From Escherichia coli (GTDB lineage: Bacteria > Pseudomonadota > Gammaproteobacteria > Enterobacterales > Enterobacteriaceae): a DNA stretch of 64,000 nucleotides. Made by a program: the position numbers and the translations under genes. Every line of letters starts with the position of its first letter. Positions within the stretch are counted from its first letter, which is position 1. Shown here piece after piece: positions 46,030-60,306 of the stretch. The notes below the pieces were generated by a model. The model had not been told where the DNA came from, did not search any database, and worked only from the letters and a program-made list of their open reading frames with translations. The DNA lies in the NCBI RefSeq assembly GCF_001677475.2, contig NZ_CP015229.1. The stretch is one strand, 5' to 3'.

Positions 46030-46093
46030 ACTTCACAAGGACTTCACTTTCAGACAATAGTCTTTTGCCATCGTGATGAATGTGAGTAAAAAG

Positions 46094-47194
46094 ATGGAAC
46101 ATTTCGACGTGGCGATTATTGGCCTCGGCCCGGCGGGGTCGGCGTTGGCGCGGCAGTTAGCAGGCAAAATGCAGGTGATCGCGCTGGATAAAAAGCACCA
46201 GTACGGTACTGAAGGTTTCAGCAAGCCTTGTGGTGGTCTGCTGGCACCGGACGCGCAGCGTTCTTTTATTCGCGATGGACTGACGCTTCCTGTCGATGTA
46301 ATCGCCAATCCGCAGATTTTCAGCGTCAAAACCGTCGACGTCGCCGCATCGCTCACGCGTAACTACCAGCGGAGCTATATCAATATTAATCGCCATGCTT
46401 TCGACTTGTGGATGAAATCGCTGATCCCCGCCAGCGTTGAGGTTTATCACGACAGCCTGTGTCGAAAAATCTGGCGTGAGGATGATAAATGGCATGTCAT
46501 TTTTCGTGCAGACGGCTGGGAGCAACATATTACTGCCCGCTATCTGGTCGGTGCCGATGGCGCAAACTCGATGGTGCGGCGACATCTCTACCCGGATCAT
46601 CAAATCCGTAAATATGTCGCTATCCAGCAGTGGTTCGCAGAGAAACATCCGGTGCCGTTCTACTCCTGCATCTTTGATAATTCGATAACTAACTGTTATT
46701 CATGGAGTATCAGCAAAGACGGTTATTTTATCTTTGGCGGTGCCTATCCAATGAAAGACGGTCAGACGCGTTTCGCGACGCTGAAAGAGAAAATGAGCGC
46801 CTTTCAGTTCCAGTTTGGTAAGGCGGTGAAAAGCGAAAAATGCACGGTGCTGTTTCCCTCACGCTGGCAGGATTTTGTCTGCGGTAAGGACAACGCCTTT
46901 CTGATTGGCGAAGCGGCGGGATTTATCAGCGCCAGCTCGCTGGAAGGGATTAGCTATGCGCTGGATAGCGCAGAGATTCTGCGTGCGGTGTTCCTGAAAC
47001 AGCCGGAGAAGAGCAACGCCGCTTACTGGCGCGCCACCCGCAAACTGCGTTTAAAACTCTTCGGCAAGATAGTAAAAAGCCGATGCCTGACCGCACCGGC
47101 TTTAAGAAAGTGGATTATGCGCAGTGGTGTGGCGCATATTCCACAGTTGAAAGATTATCCAACGCGCTTCACATCGCCCACCAGCAGGATGTAA
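46094..47194 (+). CDS. cbrA: FAD-dependent oxidoreductase CbrA (geranylgeranyl-reductase-like)
   Basis: Rossmann motif [12 protein letters not shown] near the N-terminus; start uncertain (46073 or 46094). Confidence 0.7.
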   Translation: MEHFDVAIIGLGPAGSALARQLAGKMQVIALDKKHQYGTEGFSKPCGGLLAPDAQRSFIRDGLTLPVDVIANPQIFSVKTVDVAASLTRNYQRSYININRHAFDLWMKSLIPASVEVYHDSLCRKIWREDDKWHVIFRADGWEQHITARYLVGADGANSMVRRHLYPDHQIRKYVAIQQWFAEKHPVPFYSCIFDNSITNCYSWSISKDGYFIFGGAYPMKDGQTRFATLKEKMSAFQFQFGKAVKSEKCTVLFPSRWQDFVCGKDNAFLIGEAAGFISASSLEGISYALDSAEILRAVFLKQPEKSNAAYWRATRKLRLKLFGKIVKSRCLTAPALRKWIMRSGVAHIPQLKDYPTRFTSPTSRM

Positions 47195-47268
47195 GAGAGT
47201 GCGCCAATCAACGCGACGACGGAGATATAAACCAGTGCAGGCGCGAAGCCATAGCCTTGCAACAGATA
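47155..47268 (-). pseudogene. Orphan 3'-terminal fragment of a membrane-transporter gene (probably a dgoT remnant), convergent with and overlapping the cbrA 3' end
   Basis: Minus-strand frame encodes a hydrophobic C-terminal peptide (...[39 protein letters not shown]) bounded upstream by an in-frame stop with no start codon. Assignment to dgoT is from K-12 gene order recalled from memory, not from an alignment. Confidence 0.35.
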
Positions 47269-47404
47269 TTAGTCCACAAAAAAACAACTCATAAGAAAAG
47301 GTCTTATATCGGGCAGAAATCTGAAAAGGGAGATCAGGCGCTAAACAGGAGGGAAAGAAGAGTATGCTTTCAACGGCTTAGCGATCTTGTTTAAAGGATT
47401 AATC

Positions 47405-48061
47405 ATGAATTTGAATTTTAAGGGATTTTTTAAGGCTGCCGGTTTATTCCCACTGGCGCTGATGCTTTCGGGCTGTATCTCGTATGCCCTGGTTTCCCAT
47501 ACCGCAAAGGGTACTTCAGGAAAGTATCAATCGCAGTCAGACACCATCACGGGGCTATCGCAGGCAAAGGATAGTAATGGAACAAAAGGCTATGTTTTTG
47601 TAGGGGAATCGCTGGATTACCTTATCACTGATGGTGCCGATGACATCGTTAAGATGCTCAATGATCCAGCACTTAACCGGCACAATATTCAGGTTGCTGA
47701 TGACGCAAGATTTGTTTTAAATGCGGGGAAAAAGAAATTTACCGGCACAATATCGCTTTACTACTACTGGAATAACGAAGAAGAAAAGGCACTGGCAACG
47801 CATTATGATTTTGCCTGTGGTGTTCAACACTGTACCAGGTCACTGGAAAACCTAAAAGGCACAATCCATGAGAAAAATAAAAACATGGATTACTCAAAGG
47901 TGATGGCGTTCTACCATCCATTTAAAGTGCGATTTTATGAATACTATTCACCCAGAGGCATTCCGGATGGTGTTTCCGCAGCATTACTGCCAGTGACTGT
48001 TACGCTGGACATCATTACTGCACCGCTGCAATTTCTGGTTGTATATGCAGTAAACCAATAA
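47405..48061 (+). CDS. yidX: Lipoprotein YidX
   Basis: 218 aa from MNLNFKGFF; lipobox LSGCIS. Confidence 0.7.
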   Translation: MNLNFKGFFKAAGLFPLALMLSGCISYALVSHTAKGTSGKYQSQSDTITGLSQAKDSNGTKGYVFVGESLDYLITDGADDIVKMLNDPALNRHNIQVADDARFVLNAGKKKFTGTISLYYYWNNEEEKALATHYDFACGVQHCTRSLENLKGTIHEKNKNMDYSKVMAFYHPFKVRFYEYYSPRGIPDGVSAALLPVTVTLDIITAPLQFLVVYAVNQ

Positions 48062-48106
48062 TCAGTAAGCGGGCAAACGCGTTTATGCTGTTTGCCCGTC
48101 CACTGA

Positions 48107-48919
48107 TTAATTCAGCACATACTTCTCAATAGCAAACGCCACGCCATCTTCAAGGTTGGATTTGGTGACAAAGTTCGCCACTTCTTTCACCGAAGGAATA
48201 GCGTTATCCATCGCCACACCGACGCCTGCATATTCAATCATTGCGATGTCGTTTTCCTGATCGCCAATCGCCATGATTTCTTCCGGTTTAATACCTAACA
48301 CGTCGGCCAGTGATTTCACACCCGTACCTTTGTTAACGCGTTTATCGAGGATTTCGAGGAAGTACGGCGCACTTTTCAGCACGGTATATTTCTCTTTCAC
48401 TTCCTGCGGAATACGCGCGATCGCCTGGTCGAGGATGGCGGGTTCATCAATCATCATCACTTTCAGGAACTGGGTATTGGGGTCCATTTTCTCCGCTTCG
48501 CAGAATACCAGCGGAATGGTGGCAACGAAGGATTCATGCACCGTGTAGTAGCTGATATCGCGATTTGCTGTATACAGCGTGGTGCGGTCCAGGGCGTGGA
48601 AATGAGAACCGACTTCGCGAGAGAGTTTTTCCAGGAAACGGTAGTCGTCATAGCTGAGAGCGGTTTGCGCCACGGTGCTACCATCAGCGGCCTTCTGTAC
48701 CAGCGCGCCGTTATAAGTAATGCAGTAGTCGCCCGGCTGTTCCATATGCAGCTCTTTCAGGTAATTGTGCACACCTGCATACGGGCGACCCGTCGTTAGC
48801 ACGACATTCACGCCACGGGCGCGAGCTGCGGCAATCGCATTTTTAACAGCGGGTGAAATGGTGTGATCGGGCAGCAGAAGGGTGCCATCCATATCGATAG
48901 CAATGAGTTTGATAGCCAT
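48107..48919 (-). CDS. yidA: HAD-family sugar phosphatase (Cof subfamily)
   Basis: 270 aa; N-terminal DMDGTLL HAD motif. Confidence 0.85.
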   Translation of the reverse strand: MAIKLIAIDMDGTLLLPDHTISPAVKNAIAAARARGVNVVLTTGRPYAGVHNYLKELHMEQPGDYCITYNGALVQKAADGSTVAQTALSYDDYRFLEKLSREVGSHFHALDRTTLYTANRDISYYTVHESFVATIPLVFCEAEKMDPNTQFLKVMMIDEPAILDQAIARIPQEVKEKYTVLKSAPYFLEILDKRVNKGTGVKSLADVLGIKPEEIMAIGDQENDIAMIEYAGVGVAMDNAIPSVKEVANFVTKSNLEDGVAFAIEKYVLN

Positions 48920-49033
48920 GAGTTCCCCAGGTAGATTGGTTCCTGACTCATGCTAACGCGATTCCGCTCAAAAATCAGTACAACACCCGAGGGAAAAGGG
49001 GGATGCAACGCGTGTTGCGTGCTCCCCTTTTGC

Positions 49034-49432
49034 TTAGCGGAAGAGTTTCCCTTTCAGCAGTTCCATACCTGCGGAAAGCAGATCGTTATTGGCTTGTGGT
49101 GACACTTCACCTTGCGGTGAGAGTGCATCAATAATCTTCGGCAATTGCTCTGCCAGTAAGCTGGAAGCCGTACTGGTATCCACGCCCAGTTTTTGCCCGA
49201 GATCGGACACCGCATTTGTGCCGAGCGCTGATTCCAGTTGCTCGCCGCTAACTGGTTGGTTGCCCTGTTGATTACTCAACCAGGTTGAGAGAATGGCACC
49301 TAAACCGCCACTTTGCAGTTTTTCCAGCAGCACCTGGATGCCTCCCTGTTCCTCAACCCAACTTAAAATCGCCTGATATTTTCCCGCATCGCCTTTCAGA
49401 AAGGCACCGACAACTTCATCAAAAAGCCCCAT
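49034..49432 (-). CDS. yidB: DUF937-family protein YidB
   Basis: 132 aa from MGLFDEVVGA; position between yidA and gyrB. Confidence 0.7.
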   Translation of the reverse strand: MGLFDEVVGAFLKGDAGKYQAILSWVEEQGGIQVLLEKLQSGGLGAILSTWLSNQQGNQPVSGEQLESALGTNAVSDLGQKLGVDTSTASSLLAEQLPKIIDALSPQGEVSPQANNDLLSAGMELLKGKLFR

Positions 49433-49509
49433 GATAATCACCTGTAAAGCGTTACGTGTTGACCCAAAAAGTATAGATCTGCGGGATGATAATTGCGGAT
49501 TGCAGAAAT

Positions 49510-49541
49510 AAAAAGGGCGGAGATGATCTCCGCCCTTTTTT
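49510..49541 (-). terminator. Bidirectional-looking rho-independent terminator downstream of gyrB
   Basis: aaaaagggcggagatgatctccgccctttttt; symmetric hairpin flanked by A/T runs. Confidence 0.7.
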
Positions 49542-49551
49542 ATAGCTTCTT

Positions 49552-49586
49552 GCCGGATGCGGCGTTAACGCCTTATCCGGCCTACA
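49552..49586. repeat. REP (repetitive extragenic palindrome) element
   Basis: gccggatgcggcgttaacgccttatccggcctaca closely matches the enterobacterial REP consensus. Confidence 0.65.
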
Positions 49587-49670
49587 AAATCATGCAAATT
49601 CAATACATTGCAGGAGTCTCGTAGGACTGATAAGCGTAGCGCATCAGGCACGCTCGCATGGTTAACGCCA

Positions 49671-53186
<3,516 letters not shown>

Positions 53187-53187
<1 letters not shown>

Positions 53188-54287
53188 TACAGTCTCATTG
53201 GCATGACAACATAGGCAGCCGACTGTGATGCGGCATCTTCAATCTGCACGCTGGAAACCGAATCGGTCAGCATCATGCGGACGTTTTCACATTTCAGCGC
53301 GTTCAGAACATCCAGCACATAGCTGACGTTGAAGCCGATTTCCATCTCCGCACCGCTATAGATAACGTCGAGGATCTCTTCCGCTTCTTCCTGTTCCGGG
53401 TTGTTGGCGGTGATTTTCAGCTGGTTTTCGCTGACATAAAGACGTACGCCGCGGAATTTCTCGTTAGAGAGAATTGCCGCGCGAGCAAACGCCTGCTTGA
53501 GGAGATCGCAACCTGCTTCCAGATGTTTGTCCGGGTTCTTCGGCAGAACGCGGCGATAATCCGGGAAGCGACCATCCACCAGTTTGGAGGTGAAGATAAA
53601 GTCGCCAACGTGGGCGCGAATGTTGTTGCTGCCAATCTGCACGCGCAGCGGACTGTCGCCGCCGTCGAGCATACGCATCAGTTCAATCACGCCTTTACGC
53701 GGTACGATCACCGAATGGCTTGGCAAAGATTGACCTATTGGCATTGAACAGACCGCCAGACGGTGGCCGTCGGTCGCCACGGTGCGCAGTTCTTCACCTT
53801 CGGTTTCAAACAGCATACCGTTTAAGTAATAGCGAACGTCCTGATGTGCCATAGAAAACTGGGTCGCTTCAATCAGACGCTTCATCGTCGCCTGCGGCAG
53901 GGTAAATTCGACTTCGCTCTGCCAGTCATCGAGGTTCGGGAAATCTGCCGCTGGCAGGGTAGACAGCGAAAAACGGCTGCGCCCGGAGCGCACCAGCATC
54001 CGCTCACCTTCCAGCTGCACGGCAATTTCCGCGCCTTCAGGCAGACCACGGCAGATATCAAAGAATTTGCGCGCCGGAACGGTCGTCGCCCCTGGTTCGT
54101 GCGGCTGAACCAGCGCAACGCGTGCCACCATTTCCATCTCGAGATCAGTACCGGTCAGCGACAACGTACCGTCAGCAACCTGTAACAGCAGATTACCGAG
54201 AATCGGTAGCGTAGGACGACCACCTAACGGACCGCTCACCTGTTGTAGCGGTTTTAATAAATGCTCACGTTCTACGGTAAATTTCAT
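53187..54287 (-). CDS. dnaN: DNA polymerase III beta sliding clamp
   Basis: 366 aa from [21 protein letters not shown]. Confidence 0.95.
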
Positions 54288-54291
54288 AGGT

Positions 54292-55695
54292 TTACGATGA
54301 CAATGTTCTGATTAAATTTGAAAAATCTTCTTTGATATCGTGGCTCTCTTCACGCAACTGCTCGATCTTCCGGCAGGCATGAAGCACCGTCGTGTGGTCA
54401 CGACCACCAAACGCATCGCCAATCTCCGGCAGACTGTGGTTAGTCAGCTCTTTCGCCAGCGCCATCGCCATCTGGCGCGGACGCGCCACCGAGCGGGATC
54501 GACGCTTGGAAAGGAGATCCGCGACTTTGATCTTGTAGTACTCCGCCACCGTCTTCTGAATATTGTCGATGGTGACCAGTTTTTCCTGCAATGCCAGCAA
54601 GTCGCGCAGCGCCTCACGCACGAAGTCGATGGTGATCGCCCGTCCGGTAAAGTTGGCGTTGGCAATGACGCGGTTCAGCGCGCCTTCCAGCTCACGTACG
54701 TTAGATCGTAGACGCTTGGCGATAAAGAACGCCACTTCGCCTGGCAAACGAATGTCGTTTTCGTCGGCCTTTTTCATCAGGATCGCCACGCGGGTTTCCA
54801 GCTCTGGCGGTTCGATCGCCACAGTCAGTCCCCAACCGAAGCGGGATTTCAAACGATCCTCAACGCCGTTGATCTCTTTCGGATAGCGATCCGAGGTGAG
54901 AATGATCTGTTGATTACCTTCCAGCAGGGCGTTGAAGGTGTGGAAAAACTCTTCCTGAGATCGTTCTTTATTAGCAAAAAACTGAATATCGTCGATCAGC
55001 AGTGCATCTACGGAACGGTAGTAGCGTTTAAACTCTTCGATCGCGTTATTTTGCAGGGCTTTAACCATGTCCTGAACAAAGCGCTCGGAGTGCATATAAA
55101 CCACTTTGGCATTCGGCTTGCGCGCCATAATGCCGTTACCCACCGCATGCAGCAGGTGAGTTTTACCCAGACCCGTGCCGCCATAAAGGAACAACGGGTT
55201 ATAGGCACCGCCAGGGTTATCTGCCACCTGGCGAGCCGCCGCGCGCGCCAGTTGGTTAGATTTACCTTCGACGAAGTTATCAAACGTGTGTTTGACGTTT
55301 ACGTTAGAACGATAGGTCGGTTCTGCCGGGGCCGGGACGTTATCCCAACCTGAGCGCGTAGAAGGCGCAGCACGTTGCGGCTGCGTTTGCGCCACCTGTG
55401 CAGGGGCCGCGACGTTGCTCGTCACTGCCGCTTGTGGCGTTTGCGTCACCGGTTTGGTGCCCACTTCAAAACGCAGCTGTGGGGCATCCGCTCCGCAGAA
55501 ACTGGTTAGCAGTCCATTGATATTATTAAGGTACTTGTCCCGTACCCAATCGAGGACAAAACGGTTTGGCGCGTACAGGGCCAGCGTGTTATCGCTCAGT
55601 TCCGCCTGCAATGGGCGTATCCACATACTGAATTCTGTGGCTGGTAACTCATCCTGCAATCGGGCAAGACACTGCTGCCAAAGCGAAAGTGACAC
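54292..55695 (-). CDS. dnaA: Chromosomal replication initiator DnaA (GTG start)
   Basis: 467 aa from the GTG-encoded start at [15 protein letters not shown]+ Walker [12 protein letters not shown]-terminal DNA-binding domain. Confidence 0.95.
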
Positions 55696-55818
55696 GGCGG
55701 ACTCCACTCGAACAAAAGTCGATAATGACTAAGGCTGAAACATTCATGATTGTTGACGTACGTCGAAAAGACCCTGCATGAGGGTGACGCACGAACCGCT
55801 GTCTGCGGTTATATGCCC

Positions 55819-55913
55819 GATCAAGATCCTGCAAAACGATCGGGACCGCGGATCATAGCCTAAACTGCGCAAGAGATCTTCTGTTTCTCACAGATTTTCC
55901 CGATTTATCCACA
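55819..55913 (-). promoter_or_regulatory. dnaA promoter region: cluster of four GATC (Dam/SeqA) sites and a consensus DnaA box
   Basis: GATC at 55819, 55825, 55838 and 55851; TTATCCACA at 55905..55913. Confidence 0.6.
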
Positions 55914-56289
55914 GGACTTTCCAGAACTCGCTAAGTGTAAACGATCCTGCCGCGGGGCGGGCACGATTTACGCCGCATATTGGAAAATTTAATGACCATA
56001 GACAAAAATTGGCTTAATCGATCTAATAAAGATCCAGGACGATCCTTGCGCTTTACCCGTCAGCCCGTATAATCCTCCACCCGGCGCGCCATGCTGGTTT
56101 TCACTGGTGTGAGGCCGTACGTTTTCCCCGCGAAAAGGTGCGGAAAAGCGCGGTAAATAAGGAAAGAGAATTGACTCCGGAGTGTACAATTATTACAATC
56201 CGGCCTCTTTAATCACCCATGGCTTCGGTGTCCATCGTTTCATTTTTCGGCGGATATCCAATAAAGCCATTGAATTTATTCAAGTTTAG

Positions 56290-56442
<153 letters not shown>

Positions 56443-56458
56443 TAAAGCTAACCCCTGA

Positions 56459-56818
56459 GTGGTTAAGCTCGCATTTCCCAGGGAGTTACGCTTGTTAACT
56501 CCCAGTCAATTCACATTCGTCTTCCAGCAGCCACAACGGGCTGGCACGCCGCAAATTACCATTCTCGGCCGCCTGAATTCGCTGGGGCATCCCCGTATCG
56601 GTCTTACAGTCGCCAAGAAAAACGTTCGACGCGCCCATGAACGCAATCGGATTAAACGTCTGACGCGTGAAAGCTTCCGTCTGCGCCAACATGAACTCCC
56701 GGCTATGGATTTCGTGGTGGTGGCGAAAAAAGGGGTTGCCGACCTCGATAACCGTGCTCTCTCGGAAGCGTTGGAAAAATTATGGCGCCGCCACTGTCGC
56801 CTGGCTCGCGGGTCCTGA
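56459..56818 (+). CDS. rnpA: RNase P protein component
   Basis: 119-aa basic protein immediately after rpmH. Confidence 0.9.
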
Positions 56819-57039
56819 TAGCCCTCATTCGGGTCTATCAACGCCTGATTAGTCCGCTACTCGGGCCGCATTGTCGTTTCACTCCAACCTGTTCAAGCTA
56901 CGGAATTGAGGCATTGCGCAGGTTTGGAGTGATAAAAGGCAGTTGGTTGACGGTGAAACGCGTATTAAAATGCCACCCTTTACACCCTGGTGGTGACGAT
57001 CCCGTCCCGCCCGGACCATTTGATACCAGAGAACACTAA
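56782..57039 (+). CDS. yidD: Membrane protein insertion efficiency factor YidD
   Basis: 85 aa; overlaps the rnpA 3' end; precedes yidC. Confidence 0.85.
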
Positions 57040-57041
57040 CG

Positions 57042-58688
57042 ATGGATTCGCAACGCAATCTTTTAGTCATCGCTTTGCTGTTCGTGTCTTTCATGATCTG
57101 GCAAGCCTGGGAGCAGGATAAAAACCCGCAACCTCAGGCCCAACAGACCACGCAGACAACGACCACCGCAGCGGGTAGCGCCGCCGACCAGGGCGTACCG
57201 GCCAGTGGCCAGGGGAAACTGATCTCGGTTAAGACCGACGTGCTTGATCTGACCATCAACACCCGTGGTGGTGATGTTGAGCAAGCTCTGCTGCCTGCTT
57301 ACCCGAAAGAGCTGAACTCTACCCAGCCGTTCCAGTTGCTGGAAACTTCACCGCAGTTTATTTATCAGGCACAGAGCGGTCTGACCGGTCGTGATGGCCC
57401 GGATAACCCGGCTAACGGCCCGCGTCCGCTGTATAACGTTGAAAAAGACGCTTATGTGCTGGCTGAAGGTCAAAACGAACTGCAGGTGCCGATGACGTAT
57501 ACCGACGCGGCAGGCAACACGTTTACCAAAACGTTTGTCCTGAAACGTGGTGATTACGCTGTCAACGTCAACTACAACGTGCAGAACGCTGGCGAGAAAC
57601 CGCTGGAAATCTCCACCTTTGGTCAGTTGAAGCAATCCATCACTCTGCCTCCGCATCTCGATACCGGAAGCAGCAACTTCGCACTGCACACCTTCCGTGG
57701 CGCGGCGTACTCCACGCCTGATGAGAAGTACGAGAAATACAAATTCGATACCATTGCCGATAACGAAAACCTGAACATCTCTTCGAAAGGTGGTTGGGTG
57801 GCGATGCTGCAACAGTATTTCGCGACGGCGTGGATCCCGCATAACGACGGTACCAACAACTTCTATACCGCTAATCTGGGTAACGGCATCGCCGCTATCG
57901 GCTATAAATCTCAGCCGGTACTGGTTCAGCCTGGTCAGACTGGCGCGATGAACAGCACCCTGTGGGTTGGCCCGGAAATCCAGGACAAAATGGCAGCTGT
58001 TGCTCCGCACCTGGATCTGACCGTTGATTACGGTTGGTTGTGGTTCATCTCTCAGCCGCTGTTCAAACTGCTGAAATGGATCCATAGCTTTGTGGGTAAC
58101 TGGGGCTTCTCCATTATCATCATCACCTTTATCGTTCGTGGCATCATGTACCCGCTGACCAAAGCGCAGTACACCTCCATGGCGAAGATGCGTATGCTGC
58201 AGCCGAAGATTCAGGCTATGCGTGAGCGTCTGGGCGATGACAAACAGCGTATCAGTCAGGAAATGATGGCGCTGTACAAAGCTGAGAAGGTTAACCCGCT
58301 GGGCGGCTGCTTCCCGCTGCTGATCCAGATGCCAATCTTCCTGGCGTTGTACTACATGCTGATGGGTTCCGTTGAACTGCGTCAGGCACCGTTTGCATTG
58401 TGGATCCACGACCTGTCTGCACAGGACCCGTACTACATCCTGCCGATCCTGATGGGCGTAACGATGTTCTTCATTCAGAAGATGTCGCCGACCACCGTGA
58501 CCGACCCGATGCAGCAGAAGATCATGACCTTTATGCCGGTTATCTTCACCGTGTTCTTCCTGTGGTTCCCGTCAGGTCTGGTGCTGTACTATATCGTCAG
58601 CAACCTGGTAACCATTATTCAGCAGCAGCTGATTTACCGTGGTCTGGAAAAACGTGGCCTGCATAGCCGCGAGAAGAAAAAATCCTGA
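57042..58688 (+). CDS. yidC: Membrane protein insertase YidC
   Basis: 548 aa; N-terminal TM, large periplasmic domain, conserved C-terminal 5-TM core. Confidence 0.95.
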
Positions 58689-58711
58689 TTCGGTGAGTTT
58701 TCGCTAAAATA

Positions 58712-58738
58712 AGGGCGGTCAGTTGACCGCCTTTTTTC
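58712..58738 (+). terminator. Rho-independent terminator after yidC
   Basis: ggcggtcagttgaccgcc hairpin followed by tttttt. Confidence 0.7.
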
Positions 58739-58793
58739 TTTTCGTAGGGCGGATAAGCACCGCGCATCCGCCACACAAAGCAACAGGAACATC

Positions 58794-60158
58794 ATGAGCG
58801 ATAATGACACTATCGTAGCCCAGGCCACGCCTCCGGGACGTGGCGGTGTTGGCATCCTGCGCATCTCCGGCCTCAAAGCCCGTGAAGTTGCCGAAACCGT
58901 GCTGGGTAAACTGCCTAAGCCACGCTACGCCGATTATCTTCCGTTTAAAGACGCCGACGGCAGCGTGCTCGATCAGGGGATTGCGCTATGGTTCCCTGGC
59001 CCGAACTCGTTTACTGGCGAAGATGTGCTGGAACTGCAAGGTCATGGCGGTCCGGTGATCCTCGACCTGCTGTTAAAACGCATTCTGACCATTCCCGGCC
59101 TGCGGATTGCTCGCCCTGGTGAGTTTTCCGAACGCGCGTTTCTTAACGATAAACTCGACTTAGCCCAGGCCGAGGCGATTGCCGATCTTATCGACGCCAG
59201 TTCGGAACAGGCAGCCCGTTCGGCACTTAACTCGCTGCAAGGCGCATTCTCCGCACGGGTCAACCATCTGGTGGAAGCCCTCACCCACTTGCGCATTTAC
59301 GTCGAAGCGGCAATTGATTTCCCCGATGAAGAGATCGATTTCCTCTCCGACGGAAAAATTGAAGCCCAGCTCAATGACGTGATTGCCGATCTTGATGCTG
59401 TGCGCGCCGAAGCTCGTCAGGGTAGTTTGTTGCGCGAAGGGATGAAGGTGGTGATTGCCGGACGTCCTAACGCCGGTAAATCGAGCCTGTTAAACGCGCT
59501 GGCGGGCCGTGAAGCGGCAATCGTGACTGATATCGCCGGAACCACGCGTGACGTGCTGCGTGAGCATATCCACATTGACGGAATGCCGCTGCATATCATC
59601 GATACCGCCGGGCTACGTGAAGCCAGTGACGAAGTGGAACGTATTGGTATCGAGCGCGCATGGCAGGAAATTGAACAGGCCGACCGCGTGCTGTTTATGG
59701 TCGATGGCACCACGACAGACGCCGTTGATCCGGCAGAGATCTGGCCGGAATTTATCGCCCGTCTGCCAGCGAAACTGCCGATCACCGTGGTGCGCAATAA
59801 AGCCGATATCACCGGCGAAACGCTGGGAATGAGTGAAGTGAACGGTCACGCGTTAATTCGTCTCTCGGCAAGGACTGGTGAAGGCGTGGACGTGCTGCGT
59901 AACCATCTCAAACAGAGCATGGGCTTTGACACCAACATGGAAGGCGGCTTCCTGGCGCGCCGTCGCCACCTACAGGCACTGGAACAGGCAGCGGAGCATT
60001 TGCAGCAAGGTAAAGCGCAACTGTTAGGTGCCTGGGCGGGCGAACTGCTGGCGGAAGAGTTGCGCCTGGCGCAGCAGAACTTAAGCGAAATCACCGGGGA
60101 ATTTACTTCTGATGACCTGCTGGGGCGGATTTTCTCCAGCTTCTGTATTGGTAAGTAA
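58794..60158 (+). CDS. mnmE: tRNA modification GTPase MnmE (TrmE)
   Basis: 454 aa; G-domain [15 protein letters not shown]-terminal CIGK. Confidence 0.95.
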
Positions 60159-60181
60159 CTCGTCTAAATTGATATAAAGGG

Positions 60182-60236
60182 CACTGTTCCGTTCTGGGGA
60201 AACTAACTATCAGAACGGAACAGCGCTTGTTTTTTT
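60182..60236 (+). terminator. Rho-independent terminator after mnmE
   Basis: cactgttccgttctg ... cagaacggaacagcg stem followed by ttttttt. Confidence 0.65.
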
Positions 60237-60306
60237 ATGAGTATTCTGCACCAAAACTGCATTTGCTACTGGCTGGAGCGACTTTAAACACCTTGCAGTC
60301 CTGTCT

